Below are positions 9,596-19,002 of a DNA stretch of 64,000 bases, piece after piece. The stretch spans positions 711,772 through 775,771 of the forward strand of contig JAANOX010000243.1 of NCBI GenBank assembly GCA_020184695.1. Direction: 5' to 3'. Source of the DNA: Histomonas meleagridis 2922-C6/04-290x. Lineage: Eukaryota; Protista; Parabasalia. The position numbers and the translations under genes were made by a program. The first letter of the stretch is position 1; every line of letters begins with the position of its first letter. The notes below the pieces were generated by a model, which was given only the letters and a program-made list of their open reading frames with translations, was not told the origin of the DNA and did not search any database.

Positions 9596-12316
9596 ATGGA
9601 AGCAGAAGATGAAATTCAATCTCAAATTCAACCACAATTTCCACCTGAATATCTTCCTGAAAATCGCAGGTGTATTGACTGGAGTTTTAGTGGTTTAATT
9701 GCATATGCAACAGGTCCATGCGTACATCTTTCTCATGCTCGAGATAAAAAACTTATTCATGTACATTCAATTGAAGTAGCTCCTTATACAGTTTCGTGTC
9801 TCCGCTTTCATCCAACATTACGAATAATTGCAGTTGGTGATATAGCTGGAAGACTTTTTTTATGGGAAATTGATAACCGTAGATTTATTGCATCTGCAAA
9901 ACCATTGCTTACAAAAACCGACAGGTGTACATGTCTTCAATGGAAAGATGATCTTCTTTTAGTATTATTAAATACAAAGAAATTAATTGCTGTTAAATTT
10001 ACGAAAGGTAGTCGAACAGAAAATCTCATTAATTTTTCCATTATTTGGAAAGTCAATTTGCCATGTGAATTCAAAGATTTTTCAATTGATCCATATTCTG
10101 GAAAACGAATTCTATTCCATGGGTATGAAAATGTTTTTTCAATTTATACATATAATTCAACATATGAAGCCCCCACTTCATTTCTTGAAGAAGTTGCTTT
10201 AAATCAACAATCACCAATTAAAGATGCGCAATGGTCACTTCATATACCAAACTATATCATTATTTTAATTGAGCGTGATTTATTATACTTTAATATTGAA
10301 AGTACATCATTAATTCAACTTATTGATACAACATCCATACCATCGTCATTTCTTTTTCTTGTACAATTTCCAGCTGATCATACCCAATTTATTACGTTCC
10401 ATAAGAACAGCACAATATCAGTTTATCATATGCAAAAGAACCATATTTATTTTATGACACGCGATTTTCAATGTAAGCTCTCAAAGGGCACCCCATTATC
10501 GGCGGTTTTAAGCCCGTTAAACGATAACCACTTAACGGTCTTCTACAGTGACATTGGATTAGCTTTTTTTGATATTGAAACATTTTGTATCACATCAATA
10601 GATCCCACATTTCCATCAGATATTACTTCATATGACAGTGATGGCACATGGTATGTTTTAGGTACTAAGAGTGGGTATATTATATTAGGTAATTTATTTG
10701 ATACTAATGACACGAAACGATTTAAAGCCACAACATTTCCAATAACATTTATCTCATATGATATCCCTAAACTACGAATATATTGGCAAACGACTAACGA
10801 ATCAGGAATTGTAGACTTAAACACACGGAAAGTCACCAAGTTTAAATCACATGGGACTACAATTAAATGTTATGGCTCACATCATGGAGCACTTATAGTC
10901 GAACGCGATCAATATATTTTAGGTGTCTTTATTGATGGTAAAGAATATCCATTAATTCTCAAAGATAAAATCATTGATTTATCTATTGATGAACAAATAT
11001 CGAATCAAAACAATGGAAAGTTTTATGTGTTACAACAAAATCATTCGATAATGTTCTTCGCATATGAAAAAGATAAAGGCATTATAGCACAAGGCGGAAT
11101 TCGACCACGGCAAATTGATTCCGATGTATTATGTTTCACATATCATCAAGATAACTTTGCAATTGGTTATTCAGATGGAACAATTAGTTATTATAACATT
11201 AAAACGCAAATTTCAAGACGAGAAAACTTTAATTTATTCGGACTTAAAACTATACACTTTAATGATGACGCAACTATACTTTTTGGCCTTTATGAAGGAA
11301 GAACTTTGTTCTCTATTAATGGAAAAGAGATTAAATATTGTCCTTATACAGTGAAAAGTTTTAAAGTTGTTAATGATTCATTGTTATTAATTCAGGCAGG
11401 TGATAACATTGTTAAATTCATTCGGATTTCTGATTGGAGACAATTAAATTATATATCAAAATATTTGCCACCGCCGATGGAAGATGAAAACCTTTCGTAT
11501 TTCATATCAAATAGGAAAGAATTCGATTATTATTCAAATGTAACAAGAGATGTTTGGACATTTCTAAAAGAAAAAGATCCAAAAAACTTAAGATTACATT
11601 CCAAATATTGCATCAATTTAAATGGGGAATTAGAGAAAGTTAATTTGAGATATTTGTCAACAATTAAAGCTAATGAAAACTTAAGCAAAATTAAAGATCT
11701 AAAATTTGCATCATTGATATTCCTAAATAAATTTGAAGAAGCATCCGAACTAATATTCGACCCTGACCCAACAAAAGAAAACTTCTTCTTTAATGCATTG
11801 TATTCAACACTTTTACTGATTATAAATGGTAATACCTTAAATGAAAAAGTTAAATTGCAATTAAAAACGACAGCAATATCATTGTTCTCACGTAAAATGT
11901 ATTTGGAAGGTTCGTTCTTAATGAAAATAGCCGGACTTGATAAGGAAGCAGCGCTTTACTTGATGGAAGATGACATGATCGAATTGTCTTTACGGTTCAT
12001 CAGAAACATGAACGATAACAACGATATGCTCATTATCGTTGGATGTAAACTTATGAAAAATGGGAAAACTGAATCAGCATTGCCAATGTTTGCTGGAGCG
12101 AAACAATTCCATGCAGTGTTGTTCGCTTTGTTTGAGATGGGTCTAATTCCTGATGCTTACTTTATTATGAAATTTGTGAAGAAAAATAATTTGTTGTTCA
12201 AAATGGAAGAAAAATATAGATCAATGATCCCGAAATTAATTGACTTAGAGGAGTTATGTAAAATGATAGAACAACAATTCCAATTTGTTTTAACGAGATT
12301 AGGAATTAAGGAATGA
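9596..12316 (+). CDS. WD40-repeat protein, WDR11-like
   Basis: N-terminal IDWSFSGLIAYA, IIAVGDIAGRLFLWE; beta-propeller repeats followed by a helical C-terminal region. Confidence 0.65.
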   Translation: MEAEDEIQSQIQPQFPPEYLPENRRCIDWSFSGLIAYATGPCVHLSHARDKKLIHVHSIEVAPYTVSCLRFHPTLRIIAVGDIAGRLFLWEIDNRRFIASAKPLLTKTDRCTCLQWKDDLLLVLLNTKKLIAVKFTKGSRTENLINFSIIWKVNLPCEFKDFSIDPYSGKRILFHGYENVFSIYTYNSTYEAPTSFLEEVALNQQSPIKDAQWSLHIPNYIIILIERDLLYFNIESTSLIQLIDTTSIPSSFLFLVQFPADHTQFITFHKNSTISVYHMQKNHIYFMTRDFQCKLSKGTPLSAVLSPLNDNHLTVFYSDIGLAFFDIETFCITSIDPTFPSDITSYDSDGTWYVLGTKSGYIILGNLFDTNDTKRFKATTFPITFISYDIPKLRIYWQTTNESGIVDLNTRKVTKFKSHGTTIKCYGSHHGALIVERDQYILGVFIDGKEYPLILKDKIIDLSIDEQISNQNNGKFYVLQQNHSIMFFAYEKDKGIIAQGGIRPRQIDSDVLCFTYHQDNFAIGYSDGTISYYNIKTQISRRENFNLFGLKTIHFNDDATILFGLYEGRTLFSINGKEIKYCPYTVKSFKVVNDSLLLIQAGDNIVKFIRISDWRQLNYISKYLPPPMEDENLSYFISNRKEFDYYSNVTRDVWTFLKEKDPKNLRLHSKYCINLNGELEKVNLRYLSTIKANENLSKIKDLKFASLIFLNKFEEASELIFDPDPTKENFFFNALYSTLLLIINGNTLNEKVKLQLKTTAISLFSRKMYLEGSFLMKIAGLDKEAALYLMEDDMIELSLRFIRNMNDNNDMLIIVGCKLMKNGKTESALPMFAGAKQFHAVLFALFEMGLIPDAYFIMKFVKKNNLLFKMEEKYRSMIPKLIDLEELCKMIEQQFQFVLTRLGIKE

Positions 12317-12626
12317 TTTTGTATTAATAAATTAATTTTTGAAACGAAATAATTCGTTTTTTGAAAGCTGATTTTCTGCATTATGATTTAGTCGAATGAA
12401 TAATTTCTGATAAAATGAAATTTATCACGATAAATCACTTTTTGTAAAGCCGATTGAACAATTTTTAAATAACATGTCAGACTCGTTTTAACGGTCGCCA
12501 AGAAGGAAAAGTTGTTCTTGCTTATTTTTGAATGAAAATTCAAAAAGAAAATAATATCTTTCTTTAATTCTTGAAACTGTTCAATTTCTTTAATAATCTA
12601 TAAAAAAATGAAATTAAATCATATTT

Positions 12627-13400
12627 TGCATAAAGTTCTGACGCCACTTTTTTTTTTTTTTGATGAATAAAAAAGATATTTATCACTCATTCATATTTAT
12701 TTAAAGAAGTGGACATCGTAATTCTTAATAACTTATTAAATACTTTTTATCTTTGATACAAACATAGTTAAAGCTCTCCAAAAGAGGCAATTCCAAACAT
12801 ACAAATAATTTCATTTTTTAAATCATATTATGTATTTTTCTCTATACTCTTTTAATTTTTTTAACCATTCCAAATAAATTAAATATTGTGATATCTTAAA
12901 TCTAATGACTGATATAGGTAAGAATTTCTTTTAAGGCTGAATTATATATTTTTTTTTATATAAACGATGCAGTTAAACCTATATACTTTTATCTTTTTCA
13001 TATGGATCCAATTTTTTTTTAATGATTATTTTCAAAATATTTAAATATAATTTGATTTTTTGAGTATTATAGATTATATTTGTATTTAAGTTATAATATG
13101 TATGTTATATCCATATCATTTCTGTGTAATTGATAAAATAATTAAACATTGAATTTTTGTATCATCATTGATACCTTATTACCTAATTCTCTATATATTT
13201 TTCTATACTTATATTTAAAAAATTTTTTTACTAATCATTAATTAAAATTGTATTGAAAAAGTTTTTTATAACTTTAATAAATTCATCTAAAATTTTTTCG
13301 AATATTCGACCCTTTTACGTCTATCATTCACCGAAAGCATATGAGGATCTTCCTTCTACGATATTTTTTTTACAACAAATTATTTATAAAAATTTTCTTT
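12627..13400 (-). pseudogene. Highly decayed older mariner element relic
   Basis: Minus-strand fragments KKYRRRKI(P)HMLSVNDRRKRVEYSKKF (~13290-13372, resembles mariner WVPHxL...RV) and LFGMVKK (~12854-12878). TIR-like gcataaagttctgacgccactttt at ~12628. Confidence 0.4.
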
Positions 13401-13407
13401 TCTTATA

Positions 13408-14599
13408 TAGGGTGGTCAAAAAGTTCGTTCGCCAGCTCTTTTCTTTATACATACTTATGTGATCGAATGTAATAACATAAATATGGATTATATAAAGTGT
13501 ATAGAATATTTTTTTATTTAAATGTTTTTTGTTTTATTCAATGTATATAAAATTATGCGCTTTAGAAAATTTTATTGTACGTTAAAAATGTACGTTAAGA
13601 ATCAAATGCTAAACAGTATGGTAGAAATTCTTGCCATAATTCATTATTTATGGCTAAAAGGCAATGACAACAAAAGCATACATTAAGAAGTAATCGACAC
13701 ATATGGTCCTAAAGCGATAACTCTCAGAACAGTTCAGTTGAGAACAAAAGAATTCAAAAAAGGAAGAAATACGTTAAACGATCTTCCAAGAAGTGGTAGA
13801 CCCCAAAAACTAGATTTAATACTTATTATTCAAAATTATTTGTTGCACAATCCATACGCAAGCACTCGCAAAATTGCTAAAGACATTGGGGCAAACAAAA
13901 ATACTGTCAAAAAGGTTTTGATCAAGCATTTATCAATGAAAAAGGTCAATTTCAAATGGGTGCCATATGCTCTTACCGAACAAATGAAAGCAAAAAGAGT
14001 TGAAATTGTAAGCATCTTACTGGAATTCCTTACAAATGCATCGGAAAGGAAGCTTGCAAAAATATTCACTCAAGATGAGACATGGATCTATTTTAAAAAT
14101 GGAAGAGAGTCAATGTGGATTGAAGCCGGTGCACAAATACCAACAAAACCAAGGCAAACAATTGGGTCAAAGAAAGCGATGATATCAGTAATTTGGGGAA
14201 TCAATGAAATAAAATCAATCACCATGCTTCCTCAAGGCAGTAAGTTCAACAAAAAGTTTTTTTCCAATTGTGTGCTCGAAGATTTGAACAAAAAAATTCA
14301 GACAAAAGGGACATACCTACACATGGACAACGCAAAACCGCACAATGTACCAGAAAAATTAAGAGAATTAAAAATAAAAAGACTTGATCATCCCCCTTAT
14401 TCACCGGATATAGCTTCTTCTGACTTCTTTCTATTCGGCTACCTTAAGAAATTATTAGAGGGAATGGAATTCAGCAACGAGAATGAGCTTTTTGACACAG
14501 TCCAAGAAATATTAACTTCAATACCAAAATCAATATTTAAAAATGCATACAATGGATTGACTGAAAAAAATTAGACGAACGAACTTTTTGACCACCCTA
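13408..14599 (+). mobile_element. Tc1/mariner DNA transposon (defective), ~1.19 kb, 24-bp perfect TIRs, TA target-site duplication
   Basis: Left end tagggtggtcaaaaagttcgttcg (13408-13431); right end cgaacgaactttttgaccacccta (14576-14599); flanked by TA at 13406-07 and 14600-01. Internal mariner transposase. Confidence 0.92.
13618..14574 (+). pseudogene. Mariner transposase pseudogene
   Basis: Motifs LNDLPRSGRP, KWVPYALT, TQDETW, HMDNAKPH, HPPYSPDIASSDFFLFG. The N-terminus (MVEILAIIHYF/WLKG...SIH*EV) has a frameshift and a premature TAA; the C-terminus is truncated against the right TIR. Confidence 0.85.
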
Positions 14600-15169
14600 T
14601 ATTATATAATACTTCTATTTCTGATTCAATATATTTTATGGATAAAAATGACTATTCATTTAATGCTACCATGATTTTATTAAATTTATTAAATTTAGGC
14701 ATTTTGCCACACAAAAAATCATTGTAAATTAGGCTATCTAAAAGAAATTTCTATAATATTATAGAACTTAGAAAAAAGAAACTAAATTCAAGAAAAAAAG
14801 TTTTTGTTTTTCTCTAAATTAATTGATACCATATTCTTTGTAGAAAATTAGATTTGATGACGTTTTTGAGTTCCAACTCTTTCATCCCATTTGAAAATCA
14901 AAAAAGTGACGATTTTAAGTGGGGAGAAAAAATTCAATCACTTGTATATCAACAAGTGAACAAAATTTTTAAAAAATAATAAAATGCACATAGAGTTCAT
15001 TCATTATAGTTTTTATTTATATATTATTTGTTTTTCTGATCAAGAGGATGTCGAGAAAAGTGGTCAGAACTATAGTTCATTAATTAATTCTATCCTTTAA
15101 TGAATAATAATGTGAAATTTTATACTTTTATAAATGTTTCTTCTTTAAAATCATTTGCAAAGGTGATCA

Positions 15170-15370
15170 CCTTTGATATGGTTTGTACTAAATATAGATT
15201 CAAGCCATAAAAAAGAAATGAATTAGTTAATATTAAACCAAATAGATAAGAAATTGTAAATGTATTTGATTTTGTATATGAATATGAGCTAGTGAATGAA
15301 TTTGATTTAGTAAAATCATACGAATTAGCAAATGTATTCGAACTTGGGAATGAATTTGCCTAGTGTAAGT
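15170..15370 (-). pseudogene. Fragment of a Ser/Thr-rich surface-protein stalk plus hydrophobic segment
   Basis: Minus frame ANSFPSSNTFANSYDFTKSNSFTSSYSYTKSNTFTISYLFGLIL resembles the FTxSNxFT stalk of the BspA gene at 45234-47603. Stop codons lie upstream. Confidence 0.3.
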
Positions 15371-15763
15371 GAGTGATGGTGAAAGATTATGCGACTTGTT
15401 ATATTATTAAATAAGGAAGAAATACATGAATAACAAGTGCAGATATCAAAATCAATGAAATCAAATAAATTATTATGAAAAAATCCTGCATGATTATTTT
15501 CATGTTGATTCCAAGAATTTATTGTTGAAGTTTTTCTTATAAAGCGTTTTATAATATTAATGTATTTATGTATTTCCATTTTGCTTTGTGATTATATTTG
15601 GTAATATGTAAAATACATAGTGTGTATTGTGATTTCAATGATTTTCATATGTTTGTATGTTTATATCGACTTTTGTTTTAGTACTTCTCTTTCTAATGTT
15701 GATTTTGATTATTAGCAATAAATGATTCATTTCCATTTCTTATTGAAAGTGAAGATTTGATGT

Positions 15764-17844
15764 TTATAGACGAAGACTCTGAGTTAAATTTTCCTTTGTA
15801 CTTTTTTCATAAAGTAAATTTACAATTTCTTTATTACCGTTTTGTTGTGCGATTTGAATTTCTGTCAAGTAATATTAAAACATATTCCAAATTATTAAAA
15901 CATATATAAAATTATTAAAACATATTCCAAATTATTCAAATGAATATTTTTTACATTAACATCAATTCCTTTATCTAAAAGTAATTTTACTATTTCTATA
16001 TTATTATTTCTAACTGCTATATGAAGTGCTGTTTCAAATCATTAAATCAAATAAAAAATTATAAAAGCATATTCTAAATTATTAAAACATATATAAAATT
16101 ATTCAAATGAATATTTTTTGCATTAACATTAATTCCTTCTTTATCTAAAAGTAATTTTACTATTTCTATATTATTATTTTTAACTGCTGTGTGAAGTGCT
16201 GTTTCAAATTATTAAAGCATATAAAAAATTATTAAAACATATTATAAATTATTAAAACATATTTTTTTTGCATTAACATCAATTCCTTCTTTATATAAAA
16301 GTAATTTTACTATTTCTATATTATTATTTCTAACTGCTATATGAAGTGCTGTTTCAAATTATTAAAACATATTTCAAATTATTAAAACATATTCCAAATT
16401 ATTAAAACATATTCCAAATTATTAAAACATATAAAAAATTATTAAAACATATTTTTTTTACATTAACATCAATTCCTTCTTTATCTAAAAGTAATTTTAC
16501 TATTTCTATATTATTATTTCTAACTGCTATATGAAGTGCTGTTTCAAATTATTAAAACATATTCCAAATTATTAAAACATATTTTTTTTACATTAACATC
16601 AATTCCTTCTTTATCTAAAACATATTTTATAAGTTCAATATTTCCTGATTCTGAAGCAAATAGTAAAATATCTTTTGATTACTTTGAAGGAAATATTTAA
16701 CGAGATATAAATTTCCATTTCTTGCTGATTCGTTTATATTATCTGCATTAACATTAATTACTTTTTCTTCCAAAAATTCTAAAATTTCATAATTATCTTT
16801 TTTAATACAAAAACTTACCAAATCATTAGTTTTATCTTTAGACATTTGAAATGTTGACTTTGGTTGTATTTTTTCTAATTTGTTCTCATAAAGATATTTA
16901 AAGGTATCATTTTGATGAAATTCAATTGCTGCTTCTAAAGAACCTTCAAATGATGAATGATTTTGTTCGCATAAATGAATGATTTCTTCATTTTCACCTG
17001 CAACTGCATATTTTCCTGAGTTTTCTACTTTAGCACCATTTATAAGTAAATATTTAAAACATTTAACTGAAGAAAAAAATGCTGCATAATCAATTAATGA
17101 AACATTTTCTTGGTTAATAAATGAGCACCTTTCATAAAGTGATGGTTCAATTGTTTGATTAAAATTAAAGTTTGTTTGTGATGATATTTCTTGAAGTTTT
17201 TCTATTTCATCATTTCGAATTATTTTTGCAATTTCGTTTGGATTATGTCCTTCTTTGATATATTTCTTATGAAGTTCCCAATCATTCTTCGAAAGTTCTT
17301 CATAATGATCCAAATAGTATTTTTTTATTGGATCATTTCTATTAAACACAAATGCTAAATGATTTTGTTTTTGGTTTTCTTCTTTTGGTTTATAATGAGA
17401 AAAATATTTTGAATTAATATTTTTAGTGATATTTTTATCAATTAAATTTTGTTCAATCATTTGCTCGATTAAATAATATGATTCTTGTGTATTAGCTGTA
17501 GATATATGTTTTATAAAAATTGAAATTAGGTTAACGATATTTTGATTAATTTCTTCTTCTTTCATTTGAAGTGTCTTTAAAAAATTTAAGTAAATATCAA
17601 ATACTTTCTTTGGCGATGAAAAAGCATTATAAACGATGTTTCTTATGATAAAATTAAATGTATTTGGGAAGTTTGAATCGAATAATTCCAATACTTTTTT
17701 AACTGATGCCTCGCAGTTTTCTTCAGTTAAACCGAATATAGTTTTCTCAAGCTCAATAAGGAATTTCAAGCAGGTTGATAAATAATTTGATTTTTGATCT
17801 CCTGTGTTTATGACAGCCGTATCATCATTAGGTAAGTGATTCAT
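15764..17844 (-). CDS. DUF3447-type ankyrin-repeat protein, split into a long first segment plus five single-repeat segments separated by AT-rich spacers
   Basis: SLIDYAAFFSSVKCFKYLLING signature; ATG at 17844; a 1-nt frameshift near 16677. Then four segments (E)TALH(I/T)AV(R/K)NNNIEIVKLLLxK(E)GIDVNxK at about 16453-16545, 16263-16355, 16111-16205 and 15944-16035, and a terminal segment TEIQIAQQNGNKEIVNLL...* at 15764-15868. Confidence 0.7.
15869..16620 (-). repeat. Compound tandem array: ~93-bp ankyrin coding unit alternating with 2-5 copies of a 20-bp unit (atatgttttaataatttg(g/a)a on the minus strand)
   Basis: Directly visible: aaattattaaaacatattcc-type units repeated between near-identical ttatctaaaagtaattttactatttctatattattatttctaactgctatatgaagtgctgtttc blocks. 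Confidence 0.9.
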
Positions 17845-18431
17845 AATCAGTGGTGCCACAGGAGAAAAACGGCTGACTTCACTTTGTCCATTATTTGAAA
17901 ACAAATGGTAAGGCACCCCAAACGCAAAAAGTCAACAGCATGAACTTATCAAAAAGTTGTCGATGTAAATATCATAAAAAGTCGTCGAGTAAATAAATCA
18001 AAAAGTTACTGAAGACGTTTATTTCTTATAAAATGAAACAAATTAACTTCAAATGTTATCCGTGCATAATAATGATTATTATACATATAATGAATGTCAT
18101 ATAAACAAAGCAACAAATAGTAACCAACAATTGTGACTGAATTTGGGAGATCAAATATTTTATCATGATTTCATATTGGAAAAATATTATATAATATCAT
18201 TACCATAAGGTTTTAATAGTTTTGGCGGTTAATTCGGTTCAACGTCGGCCGTTAAAATCGATAGGTTTCCTGGAAAAAAGTGTCGTTTCAAACTTTTTGA
18301 ATTAGTTCATTGAACACACCTTAACCTTTAACCAACTTAACGATAGAATCCGTTAATGAACGTGCTTACAATCCCAGAAAAAATGTGATTGAAATTTCAA
18401 TTGAAAATGACAAAATCCAAAATATTTCGAC

Positions 18432-18905
18432 ATGTCAGTAGTCTACATTAGACCACATGTAGGAAAAAGAATTAACGCTCATGCTGATGGCTCATGGAAA
18501 TGGGACGGGAAATATCTTAGACTACATATTGGAAAAAGGATTAATGCTCATGCTGATTTTTCATGGAAATGGGACGGGAAATATCTTAGACCACATATTG
18601 GAAAAAGAATCAACGCCCATGCTGATGGTTCATGGAAATGGGACGGGAAATATCTTAGACCACATGTTGGAAAAAGAATCAACGCTCATGCTGATGGTTC
18701 ATGGAAATGGGACGGGAAATATCTTAGACCACATATTGGAAAAAGGATTAATGCTCATGCTGATTTTTCATGGAAATGGGACGGAAAATATCTCCGGCCA
18801 CATGATGAAAAAAGGATTAATGCTCATGCTGATGGTTCATTTAAAGTCACTGATGAAGTTCCGATACCTGTTCTAGTATTAATAGCAATACTTTCAAGTT
18901 TCTAA
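18432..18905 (+). CDS. Small tandem-repeat protein: ~6 copies of a 23-aa unit (YLRPHIGKRINAHADGSWKWDGK) plus a hydrophobic C-terminal cap
   Basis: Intact ATG-to-TAA ORF of 157 aa built from 69-bp units that vary mainly at synonymous positions; ends VPIPVLVLIAILSSF. Confidence 0.8.
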   Translation: MSVVYIRPHVGKRINAHADGSWKWDGKYLRLHIGKRINAHADFSWKWDGKYLRPHIGKRINAHADGSWKWDGKYLRPHVGKRINAHADGSWKWDGKYLRPHIGKRINAHADFSWKWDGKYLRPHDEKRINAHADGSFKVTDEVPIPVLVLIAILSSF

Positions 18906-19002
18906 AACAATTTTCATTCCAAATTCTTTTTTTTTGAAAAAACCAATTTATATAATTATTTCATAAATATTTTTATTTTTAATAAATTTTACATGGGACA
19001 AA

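Noticed and set aside
15869-16620. Repeat/spacer alternation superficially like a CRISPR array
   Set aside because: The long units encode ankyrin repeats and are near-identical, and the short units are a minisatellite. There are no unique spacers and no cas genes, and the context is eukaryotic.
17935-18015. Four spaced aaaaagt(t/c) motifs upstream of the ankyrin gene
   Set aside because: Short and A-rich; plausible by chance in this base composition.
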